DNA of 64,000 bases from Phoronis australis (taxonomy: Eukaryota > Animalia > Phoronida): NCBI GenBank assembly GCA_002633005.1, contig NMRA01000513.1:186001-250000 (forward strand), given 5' to 3'. The notes under the pieces are model-generated. The model had not been told where the DNA came from, did not search any database, and saw only the letters and a list, made by a program, of their open reading frames with translations. Positions 23,151 through 35,700 of this stretch are shown here, in pieces. Both the position numbers and the translations under genes were made by a program. Positions within the stretch are counted from its first letter, which is position 1; each line of letters opens with the position of its first letter.

Positions 23151-26100
23151 ACTTCAAAGTGACAAAATCACTTAATGTTGCAGATCATTACGATTAGGAA
23201 AACTACGCGCGAGAAAGTCGAAAAGGTGAAAGAAATAATGCATGGACTTTGAAGAACATGTTGATACAAGGAGGTTTCAGATTTGATTTATAATGAGAAG
23301 AAAACGGCAAGTGAGCCAACTACGTGTTCAAAGAAAGAAGGAGCAGAAGGAGGGTGGATTGAATTTATAAGTACTTTTTATTTTAATTTTATACAAAGTT
23401 TATAAGTACTTTCCGTCACCCACATAAGTTTTAACCAATGCCTACTGGCAAAATCTGGACGTTATAAATTCGTGATTCTCGATCATTCCACAGTTGCGTC
23501 GACAGACCTTGTGTGGTTAAATTTTGTTGATAAACTACCGTAGCACCATTTACATGCTTGGTGGTAATCAAAGTTGATGGACTGTGGACATCGTCTTATG
23601 ATCAAGAGACTGACTGCTACCTTCCGTGCACGAAATCGGCACGTGTACGGGAGAGGACCCTTTTAGACAGAAGACGGTCTAATTGTAAGTGGCGTATCAT
23701 AGCATCATACTACAGTCAGAAAACGCGGAATAACGTCTGTAACGAAAGACCTCTGTGTTATCAAGAGAACTTGCGCACTTTTAAATTGTAATTGGTAGGG
23801 TTTAATTTTGATTGATATACATGTACTTTTACTATACATGTTTATATTTTATTCTAGTATATCATATTAATCATTTTACTGTATCGTTTTCTTACATTTA
23901 TAAGTGGTTTGTAAATAAAAACTGAGAAAAAAATGACACGTGTATTACAGGTTCACATTATGCGCATGCGCATCATGGTAGTCAATTCACTGGATATTCG
24001 AGAACGCTGTTGAGTTTTGGCAAAAATGAAATGTTGTAAGCACCTGTAACCACTCCAGCCCCATGACCATGTTTCAGTAACACACAACAAGGTATTTTCA
24101 TTGCCGAACGACGATGTCATAAACGTGACTAAATTCGTTTGATATAATTGTAAGATAAAATGTCGAAGATAAAATATCAAAAACACTGTTATATTTTTCT
24201 AGAATATTTCGTTTTATGCAACTTTTGATTTTTCATGAAAATCAGAAACTTGGCTTATTTTTGAGAGCCTCTCATAACAATGACAGCATTTTAAACGCAA
24301 TTCTTTTAAGTATTTTGGAGAACACTGTGTTACATTTTCACGTGAATCCGATCATCCAAGTCTGAGAATCGATGTTCCGAAGTGAGCCAAATTTGTATCT
24401 TACTAAGTTTCACGGGCTTGTACACATTACGCCATAACTTCCATAACGCCATAAACTCCCAAATTGCAAATCACAGACATTGTCGAAAATTCTTCTTGAG
24501 AAATTGTTACGTTTATGACACTATAATATTAAAAATTAATCGAAGTCAAAGACAGCGGTTCAGGCCTTTGCAGCTACCAAAAATTAATGAAGTCTGGTAG
24601 GTCAGCTTTGATGGCAAATTTGTGGAGTAAATTACAAACGATGGTCAAAACAGTATAATTTTAGAGGTTCAGAAGTTTGTCCTCTGTCCTTTTCTAACCG
24701 GATACGGAGGTCCCGCCAATATTTAAGACGAAATCCTGGCTCTGTGAGAAATTTTAGCACGAATACAGGTACCCTTCAGTCCAATGGAATATAGTTGGTA
24801 CTGACATTTTTCAAACTAAATTTTTACTCATTAGAATATTTGGACTCTTGTCTCCTGCCTGGTATCGGGGCAGTCGTGAATTTGTAATTTTAGGGAGAAA
24901 GTGCCGAAATTGAAATTTGGTGTTTTTTTTGCAATGTCGTTTTTTCTGGTGACCATAGCAAAGTACATGGCTTGTTGAAATCCTTCATCTTTGGGAAACC
25001 CATGGATTGTACATTCTGTAAGTTACGTCCTTTTCGAGGGTGTAAACAAAGGCTTTTGCATGTATTTACCAAGACCAGTGACAACGTCGAGATCAGCCAT
25101 TCGAACTCTGACCATTGCCCCCTAATAAATGTGCCAACAATAACACTCGCAGGTACTCTCAGGGTTTGTTGTTTTTGAAAACTTTGTCGCACTCTTACTG
25201 TACCCCAGTTGAATATTCTCTTTTGGTACTTATTTACATGTATTCTTAAAAATGCCTTACTAAGTGACCTACTTGGTAGCGATTTATTTCTCACGAATGT
25301 GATGTTGTTGGCGTTATGAAATATATTTAGTCAATGCGAATCATCTAAGTCAAGAGGTTTCTTCTTCTGCTGTCTTACCGGAAATGAGGTCACATTTTGT
25401 ATCTCTGCAGTTGTGATTGCCCATCACTTTTCAACAGTGCTTAGTATAAAGTCATATTCAAATCTGATGTTTCGCGCTTTAATTTAACACCATAATAACA
25501 AAAATCTCAACGCATAATCCTTTTTCAAATTAGACAGTACATGTATGTTATTTAAAATAAAGAATAATATTCAATTGTTTTATGAATTTTCAATGACGTA
25601 AACTTAAGGTTTTTGCCTTTTGTCAAACTGTGCCCAAACCCTTAGGCTATCGAACTGGTCGGAATAGAAAAACCAAAAGTGTTATTAGCGCTAAATGGTT
25701 GGATTAACGCGACTATGTCGTTTTGACTTCTTGTCCTTCGTTAAAAGATTCGTTTCTCACCCCTGAAATCACAATGTTCCCATAATTATCACGGAATGAC
25801 AGCATTGTCCTCATGTGTGTTTGTATTGATGAATGTTGCTGAGAGTTTTTAAGAAAATGTTGCACTGCCCTGAAGCTGTATTGGTGACACTTGATTCAGA
25901 CTAGGAACTAAGTGATGCGACGATAGGCCTAATGGAAGCATGAAGTTGGAATTCACGCGTCCACTTTTTCAGCCAAGATTTTTATTGTCTGCGCGCGCAT
26001 ACAGAGCGGAAGAGTGAAATGAACGTGTTGTTTAAGAGCATGGCGTTCCATATTCCTATACCCCGCAACTCGGCTCAGTCTTTGTGATTTAGTACATGTA

Positions 26101-27730
26101 AGTGCCTCGGGGAAATAGATGTATTCGACATGTGATATGCAGAAACGACGTGAAGGTTTTGGCGCTTCTGCTGTGCCGTGTTCAGTCCTCTCGTGCTGGC
26201 AGAGTTGAGATTGACAGTCCCAGGTTTTATTTGATGTCATACAGTTATTCGGCCATAATTATACACGATTTTCAATTTTCAGTAGATTTTTCAAGTGCCG
26301 ATACGCTGGAGTTAAACAGATTACCAATTTTCAATAGTCCGATGTCACATCCAGTTACATTTTTGAAAACCGTTATCATCTTATTTTTACGGCATCACCC
26401 ATAACGAGGAAGACGTCGCCATGGTAATTTCTCCAAAGTGGTTTCTTTGTTCAGACTGCGTTCTGGTCTTGGATATTATGTGTTGAGAAGAAATTGCTCC
26501 TTATTTTGCCACTTGGTTTAATATGGTAGCTACCCACATTACAACACGCCATGGAATCACGTGACATGAAAAGCTGCAAATTACCTCATGACATACTAGG
26601 GTGCATCAAAGGTTGCTGAAAAAATTTTGCTCTCATAAATTTCATGTTTCAATCATGTGGTGGTATTTCTGTGTCATTTCATTTCCACTTGAGAATGAAA
26701 CAAGCATGTTTCGAAATATCGTGTGTCATTTAATCATATCTCTTGGTCAGTTGCTTTACCAATGTTCTGTTGAGTGTTGAACTTTGTTCCGAGGATACGA
26801 ACGGAACGGAATAAAGATCGTTAATAACCACAAGTGTTGTGTGTTTTACAAATTTTACATAATTCTCCGAAAACTTGCTCCCGAAATACAGCCACCCCCG
26901 TAAATGAAATATTGGTAAGCGTCTGCTGGAAGGTGTCAAGTTTGTTGAGATCTTGTGTTCGATTTCTGAGAATACCTCCATTCTGATAATCCAACTGTAA
27001 ACGTCTGCCTCCAAGCACGATCCACGTTTTATGTACATGTAAATGTGTGGCAGAAATGGGCCTGTTCATTTTATGAACGATTCACCTTTAATTCATGAAT
27101 GTACCGTACGACTCGTCTCAACGTGTAAAGTGTGCATGCCAAAATTACACTTTTCTTTTGACTGAACATGTTTGATTCCATACAAAATTTTTCGTCGAAT
27201 TTGAGCAACATGAAATTTCTTTGAAGCACCAAAATGTACTTAAATGAAAAGCGCGCGTTTTGAGATTTCCTATTGCCAAGTGATATAAAAAAACAAGACT
27301 AAAACACAGTCAAACTCTGCGTTCTGGGGCGTTTGGTAGGCGACCACCTCCGTGGGCACAAAATTGATTGGCTGTTCTAGTGTGAATGTTACTTGTTAGA
27401 GTGTATTTTAATTTGCATATCCGGGGTTGACTTACCAGAACGTCCCATGTCCACCATTTCCTGGTGCCAGCCAGTGGGCAAATATCACTTTGTGGAAAAG
27501 AGTGTGTGATTGCCTATTGCGATGACGAGGCTGTCGTCTGCTTCCAATTGAACACGTGCAGTGCTGATATATATTTTCAAAGATAAGAATCTATTTCAAA
27601 ATGTGCCGGTGACTAATGCACAAATTTTTAGTGAATGGAAGAAAAAAATCGTGAGTGCCAGTCAAATTCATGAACTAAATAACACAATTTGTAACAACAG
27701 GTACTGTTAAAACGTCAGTTATTGGAAATA

Positions 27731-27736
27731 TTTAAT
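27731..27736 (-). terminator. Candidate ATTAAA polyadenylation signal of gene A
   Basis: tttaat on the + strand, about 430 nt downstream of the predicted stop at 28160. Confidence 0.3.
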
Positions 27737-28159
27737 TGGAAATATTAAAAGACTGTGTATTCTCAAAATCCTACGGAATCTTCCGTATACATGCACAGCT
27801 ATGGTTTGGACTATGCCACACTCACGTGCATATCAAAAATATAATACAAACAACCAACAAGAACAGGTTTGCAAACAACTTTCGACATAGAGAGAAGACG
27901 ACTGACCGATATCAAAACAAATGCCGAATTAAGTTGTAAACTGGGCATAGTCCATGTTTCTTGAGAAACACGCGCAACTACGTAGTGTGTACGACATTTT
28001 CACTTAATCCGACGTCCTCTTCTTGATCTTGAGATGGCGCGTAAATTGCTTTTTGTGCAGGAAAGTTGTTTGTGCGCCCTGTTAATGGTGGTTTTCGATG
28101 GCCGTCAGCCGTTCGTTCCGTAGTCTTCTTTGTGGTTAGAGGTTTTTGATAACAAAGAC

Positions 28160-31100
28160 TTAACTGAAAGAAAAAAACAAATGGTTTACTCACATTGTAT
28201 CAACAACAACAATATCATACAGTGAAAGTATATTAAAGGTTGATTATCGTCGAGAAAAGAGAACATTTTTCGAAATAAGTCTCAACAGGGAATCAAACCT
28301 GTAAACTCCGCGGTCGCAATCTAACGTTCAGCGAAATCCCTCTCTTTAGATGCAGGTCTCAGACCATTTTAAGAGTAATTAGATGATAAATGCACCGGCC
28401 TCAATTTCATAAAACGGTGAGAATTTTCAATTTTTAATAAGAGCACATAAAACAACAGATTTTTTTTTGTTTTTCTTAAAAACTATAATCAAAGCTAACT
28501 GTTTCAAGATAGACGTCAGTCGTACACTAATCCGAAGAAATGCGTGTTTGCCCGTTGAATCGCTCGGGTCTCATTTAGCCAAGTTGTATCATCGTTGAAA
28601 CAAGATTTAAATAATGTTTATCCTTGGAATCACGCAGGCACTAGTGGACATCGTATACATTAACACAAGCAACTGCCCAACAAGCAACTCGTAACAACGA
28701 GAAAACACGAGATCATCCAATAATACGCTAAACCAGGCCAATGAAGTTAAAGCGTCTTGGGAGTAATTTCGAGATCATGGTTCCGAATCTAGCAAAATAT
28801 CCGCTCCTGAATTGAAGCAATTGATCTTCTAGGCTGAATATGGGTTAAAATTCACATAGAAGATTGTTGGCTCCCAATGCCTTGAGGATGTGTTCCGGAA
28901 AGAACCTCAGATATTGCTGCACTGACCAACGTATATATATAACCGTATTAGGAGCACATGTAATCTCTTGTCGGTGTCGACTGTCGCACAACACCCCTTA
29001 ACTCTAACACACGAGCGTTTGCTTTTATACAGTTGGTATACTTACGATGAATATTTATTGAACATCTTCGTGAACTCTTCTTTATCAACCACACCATCCC
29101 CGTTAGCGTCCCCGCTCTTGATCATATCTTTGCCGTCATTGTCAATACCAAAACCACCGAGGAGTTTATGGATTTCGTCGTCGGTGATCTTTCCATCATC
29201 GTTAGTGTCGTAAGCCGCAAAGGCATCGTCCGCCTTGAACGAGTTATTTTGCATCGAGCTGAAAATTAGGCCACGTGAATCATTTCTAATAGACAAAGCC
29301 TTTACGTTTAAAACTGATTACCAAATTCTGAATGCAAATTGTGCAAAACATTGATAGAACGATTTTGATAAGGGCTGAGTAGGTTGTTCGCCTGTTAGTC
29401 GCTTATGACCTTCTTGTTATGGGATAAAGTATGTAGATGAGATAAATTACGCCCTGATGACGTCGTAGCCAAGGGCACCATAATCTTATGTTTGTAATTG
29501 ACCTATCGCAAGCTCTGCCCCCTTGCAAAATGTCGACAAACAAACAATAAGTTTTACCTGGTAACGTGCTGTTTGTCGGGTAAAATGGAGGCTTGGAAAC
29601 GAAGGTGTGTCAAGAATGCTGCGTCCTAATTGGTCGGTCAAGCCGTCACTCAAAATCCTGGCGATAGGTCAGTTACGTTTACAGGAAAAGCCCGATTGAA
29701 AATGCATGCTTAGCTTAATTTTATTGTAACTTTTTCTTCCAAACTGCAATGCTCGAAGACCATAAGAAACCGTTAAATATTTTCAAAATCAACAGCGCCT
29801 ATTACGTGCGACTTAGCCACTCACGAAATAATTTTGGATTGTCCGGCTTCAAACTCGGCGCTGTCGACGCTGCCATCTTTGTTGGTGTCGAACTTCTTCG
29901 TAAATTGTTCGGCATTGTTCTTTGCATCGTCGTCACCTAGTCCTTCAGATTTGTAGCCTTTGATAACTTCATCGCTTGAGATTTTTCCATCGTGATTGTC
30001 ATCAAGGACATCGAACGTTTGCTTTGCTGTAACATGAAGTTGTTCTTTGCTGTCACCGCTACAAAAGAGATGATTATGTAAATCTTGAACCAACGTAAAA
30101 ATTTATATCATAAACATTTTAAGCCAGGTATACACGCCATGCTTGTGACCTCCGTGATAAAATGTACATTATCGTAAGTTTCCATATTGAGGAAACAAAG
30201 ACTACTGAAAATTTGAATCTGTGTCCAAAAAGTCTAAAAAAGGTCTCTTTCGGAGGATATTAGTGGAGATTTTTCGTTATTGCCGACTACGATGCCCTCA
30301 TTTACCAGTGGGCTTTAAAAGTGCCGAATCAATTACCTGCACATAAGATTAAAAAATCAAGTGACAGAAACTGGCACGTAGGGATGACATGCATTCATAG
30401 GTTCTCATCAAGACTTTCAATTCGAGTTACAATTTAAGTTAGCAATTGGAGTTTGTTCTCATTTTAAGCGTGGATTATAGTTGACACAGTAGATGTTTTA
30501 ACCTGTGATTGACAGTCAGACATCACATAACAGTTGCCTAGACTGGTCATCGGTAAACTTGAGTTTTGAAAGAGCAATGCCACATTTTCCTTAACTTTGC
30601 CTCTTGTCTGAAATGCAACACGTTCCCGAAAGAGCCCACATCCCAATGGGAGCTTTTTGCCCTTGTTCTCAAAAGAGTCCCATTGTTTCACGTTGGTGAG
30701 ACTCTCAGAAACTCCCGCTATAGGGAAACCACGCATTGTCGGCAGGTGAAACTTTTCCATCAACACATATATCCAAGCAATTTTCTGAGATTAAAAGAGT
30801 CGTGAGTGTCATTTGTTGGTCATGGTGCCGTGGCCCGTCAAATGAAAGCAAGAGACCTGGCCTACAGTTGTCTGTCCTGTATACTGGGTAACTGAATTGC
30901 TAAAGTCAGCTGAAACTACTCCAACCCGGTGAATTATTGGATATCAATTGGGTTATCCCTTAGTCATCTCATGAAAAGGCGTAGTGATGTATCAGGGAAT
31001 GCTTTATATAGTGTCAAAGGTTGATTCTTTTAATGATCCATGTTATTCAAATACAGAAAAGTTTAAAATTTGTATATTTTGAGTCTGTGAATAACAAAAA

Positions 31101-32741
31101 ATCTGTTTTTGCTATGTTAAGATGGGTTCGGATGTTTTTAGAGTGAGTCTGGTATGCGCGGCCTTAGATATAAAATTTCATAAAGGTATGAAATAATAGA
31201 GACTGACGCCATCGATTTAGTGAGGAGCTGTAAAAAATCTTTGCAAGCCAGTAACGCACTATACAACTGCTACCGTTTGTACAATTCATATCCATCCAAT
31301 TGTTCCGTCAGAAAGTATTGTATATTCTGCTTACTTGGCCAGTTTAGACTGTTCGTCTTGAAATTCCTGCTTGGTGACACTGCCGTCTCCATCACCGTCG
31401 AAGGTAACCAAGAACTGCCTGGCTTGCTGATTGGCGACATCGCTGTCAGCACCTTGAGATTTCAGATAGGTTGTCAACTCTTCCTGCGTGGCTAGTCCGT
31501 CGCTATCTTTATCAATGGCCCCGAAGGTTTTATCTGAGTTCTTCGTCACTGCCTTGTTTGTCTTCTTGGTCAACTTTTCTTTTGGGTCAGCTTCCGAGGT
31601 ATCTTCAGCACGTTTTCTTGAACTTCCCCTAGAAAACGAAAAGAAATGGAATTGAAAATAAACACTTTTGCCAGACATTATTAGTAGCTATGGAATAATT
31701 AGCATAAAACCTCCAAAACGAGGCTTACTCCGGAACCATTCGGCCACAAGCCTGTTGTTCACATTCGCATCAATACACATATAATACCCACAGGGTCCTC
31801 GAACACTAAAACGCGTGTCTAACCAATGTTTATAGATTCTCATCATTCGTTCCATCTGTCATAAAACTCTGTCCAAGGTTTTGAAAAAAGAATAGTTATG
31901 AAGAAAATGATATTTTCAAACGTAGTTCGCAATACAAATCTATGTTCCCATTTTACTCCATGTTCACGCCATTTTTCAATGCTTAAATTATGACCTTAAA
32001 TCCTGAGTTTTGCCGGAGCAATTCAGCACTTTCTAGTTTAAAATTTCAATACTTGGCCAGTTTAAACTGCATGTCTTCAAATTCCTGCTTGCCGACTTTG
32101 CCGTCTCCATCACTGTCGTAGGTGGCCAAGAACTGCTTGACTTGCTGCTTGGCGACATTGTTGTCAGCACCTTGAGATGTCACATAGTCCATCATCTCTT
32201 CCTGCGTGGCTATTCCGTCGCTATCTTTATCAATGGCGCCGAAGATTTTATCTGAGTTCGTCTTCACTGCCTTGTTTGCCTCTTTCGTCAACTTTTCTTT
32301 TGGGTCATCTTCGGAGGTATCTTCAGCACGTTTTCTTGAAAACGAAAAGAAATGGAATTGGAGATACACTTTCGCTAGACACTACTAGTTGCTATGGAAT
32401 AATTAGCATAATACCTCCAAAACGAGGCTTACTCCGGAATCATTCGGCCACAAGCCTGTTGATCACATTCGCATCAATACGCATCTAATACCCACAGGGT
32501 TCTCGAACACTAAAACGCGTGTTTAACCAATGTTTATAGATTCTTATCATTCGTCCCATCTGTCATAAAACTCTGTTGAAGGTTTTCTTAAAAAGAATGG
32601 TTATGAAGAAAATGATATTTTCAAACGTTTTTCGTGATTTAGATCAGTTTGTTCCCTTTGTTTCCCATGTTCACGTCCTTTTTCAATGCTTAAGTTATGC
32701 CGGAGCAATTCTGCAATTTCTAATTTACAAATTCAATAGTG

Positions 32742-32786
<45 letters not shown>

Positions 32787-35700
32787 NATCTCTTCCTGCG
32801 TGGCTATTCCGTCGCTATCTTTATCAATGGCGCCGAAGATTTTATCTGAGTTCGTCTTCACTGCCTTGTTTGCCTCTTTCGTCAACTTTTCTTTTGGGTC
32901 ATCTTCCGAGGTATCTTCAGCACGTTTTCTTGAAAACGAAAAGAAATGGAATTGGAGATAGACACTTTCGATAGACACTACTAGTTGCTATGGGATAATT
33001 AGCATAATACCTCCAAAACGAGGCTTACTCCGGAATCATTCGGCTACAAGCCTGTTGATCACATTCGAACAATACGCATCTAATACCCACAGGGTTTTCG
33101 AACACTAAAACGCGTGTTTAACCAATGTTTGTAGATTCTCATCATTCGTCCCATCTGTCATAAAACTCTGTTTAAGGTTTTCTTAAAAAAATGGTTATGA
33201 AGAAAATGATATTTTCAAACCTATTTCGCAATTTAGATCAGTTTGTTCCCTTTGTTTCCCATGTTCACGTCCTTTTTCAATGCTTAAATTATGCCGGAGC
33301 AATTCTGCAATTTCTAATTTACAAATTCAATAGTAAGGTATATATAACTTTAAATGAGCAAAAATTCCACATCAGAAATTATGTTACATGTTTCCAGAAC
33401 GTTTTCGTGCATCGTTATCACATTCCCAAGGAACCTTTACCCTGTGAGCTGGACAGAGATATCTGCGACACTTTGGTCATGAAACCCAGCATCATTATTC
33501 CTAGAAAGTTTTTATTGTTAATTAGAGTACTTTTACCAATTCTTGATTTGTAATTTGTTGAAAAGATTTAAACCCAGCAAATGCTGTTTACATAACCCCT
33601 TCTAAGCGCAACAGCATAAAATTTGTCAACAAGTTTTCTTTTAAAATCTTGAGTGACATTATTAGCAAGTCTGCTCATCTATAAAGGTAACCGCAACATT
33701 TACATGTACATGTAGACTTTAACCAAGAAAAATTACAAGTTTATATAAGATCTTATCTACAAGACTGTGCGTTCTGCCTAATATCTACAAAACTTAAAAT
33801 TTAATTTGGTAGAGCTGTATATTTTCTGAAAGTGCACGTAAAAAGCCTGTGGAATCTGACTTTTTACTTTGTATCAAGTTTTTATTGATTGGGTTACGAT
33901 CCCGCCTTTTAGTAAAATTTAGCAAAAAAAAGAAATTTATATCAGCGGAACAGCAATGGATACAACAAAATAACGAAATTTTGTTTGATTTTTGTTGGAG
34001 ATGAATGTTTAAAAGCGTAAAAAGTGATTCTTTCACATAATTCGATGCTTATTTTAACACTTCTATTAGCATAAATTTAAGCAAATAATTAGAACCAATA
34101 ATCTTGAGTTTCTTGAGCCTATTGCATCGGTCATCATATGAGGCCTAGTGAGAGACTGTATCTGTGTGATGTGGTAGATTTTGAATGAATATTCAGGAGA
34201 ACGCGTCAACAAATCAAGTGAAAGCTTACGAGATGGTCTTGGAATTGGCCTCCTGGAGCTCTGCCTGGTCGATATTTCCGTCTTTGCTGGTGTCAAGTTT
34301 TGTCATAATTTCTTTAACTACCTTCGCGTTGCTTTCATCATCGACACCATTCTTTTTCAAGAGAGCAGTAACCTCAGCCGACGTAATTTTCCCATCCTTG
34401 TCAGTGTCGAGGGATTTGAAAAAGCTCTTTTGTGCTAGAGCAACGGTTGCGTTCCTGTCTCCCCTGTGGAAGTTTTGGAACATTAAGATTTTGTTTAAAA
34501 CAACTCAGAAATTAAGCTAAATTCGAAGTACATGTTTCCCATAGAGCAGTTTCTTTCTCTGTGTCCCCTACGGAATACTTTGTTATATAGATATTCTCAA
34601 ATTGTTTGACATCAATACACATGTAGTGACATAAATATTGTTTGGTATCAATATTGGGTGATCTAAATAGGTTGTAGTAATGTTTTCAATTTATCCGTGG
34701 ATGCAAAGCATGAAAAGTATTGACTACTATTATGTAATATCAATACAGTGTGATGCCAAAAGTTGTCGTCTTACAAGTTCCCTACATAGACGATCCCATG
34801 TAAATAGTTCATTTCAGAAATACATTGAAAGTGGTATTTTTAGTTTTTAGGCATATAAGTTTTATTTAGCGGTTACAACACTGAATAGGTAAACAAATAA
34901 ACGTCTATAAAAATCTCCCTGACATCCACGTTTTAACAATAAAGACGGAATAGGTAGGCGAGTAGGACAGACGAACGCTACCAACAAAACCCGTCAGCAC
35001 GCCGATTGAGAGCTCACGCAGACATTTCCTCCTACGTCGTGCTTAGTCGTGCGTTTAGCTTAGTAGATCGACGAAGTTAGTCTACCTTTTCATGTCATCA
35101 CTGCGCATGAGCGACATTAATACTCACTTGGCTAATATGGTTGTAACTTCCGTATACTCCTCCTTGTCGACGCTTCCATCTTCGTTGGTGTCGTAGGCAT
35201 CAATAAACTGTTGAGCCTGTTCTTCGGCGTCCTTCGACGATGATGTCGTGAAATCGTCAGTGGTGATTTTGCCGTCACCGTTTGTATCTAGAGCTTCAAA
35301 CCCTTTGTCTGCGGCCTTGCCAATCGCTTCATCACCCTTCTTCTTTATTTGCTCTATGCTAACCACATCTGATCGCTTGCTCTTAGCAACACTGAAAGAG
35401 AAGGTGGGTGACTATGTGAGCCTTGGACAAACGCTTCGGCTTCGTAGTAGTGAAACAAGTGTCGTGGGGCGATTCCCGAAGAATCGTGTTTCCTTTGGTT
35501 TATAATTATTTCATACCATACATCTCCTTCCTACTTTAATCGATCAAATGATTTGGTTTTGGATATTTTTGCAAACATTCCACAATACTGACTTCATGCC
35601 AAAATCAATTATTTGACGTAACCGTCCGACCTCCAATCGTTTTCTTGTTCCACCTCACACCAATATTAGCGCCTAACAAGGTAACTGCTTTTACTGCCAC

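Larger units (their letters stand above)
31335..33345. repeat. Tandem duplication of a roughly 0.7-kb exon+intron unit (2 full copies + 1 partial), with a (TA)n microsatellite at 32745-32786
   Basis: Intron sequence (cctccaaaacgaggcttactccgga..cactaaaacgcgtgt) recurs three times. Confidence 0.9.

Noticed and set aside
28281-28340. tRNA or tRNA-derived SINE (B-box-like GGTTTGATTCCC on minus strand; similar at about 45718)
   Set aside because: No cloverleaf or clear A-box; too degenerate to call
34226-34483. RGD integrin motif in ORF-track translation (HRGDRN)
   Set aside because: The R codon includes intronic acceptor bases. After splicing the junction reads KGD. KGD recurs at several junctions, but in inter-domain linkers with no disulfide loop, so no integrin claim is made.
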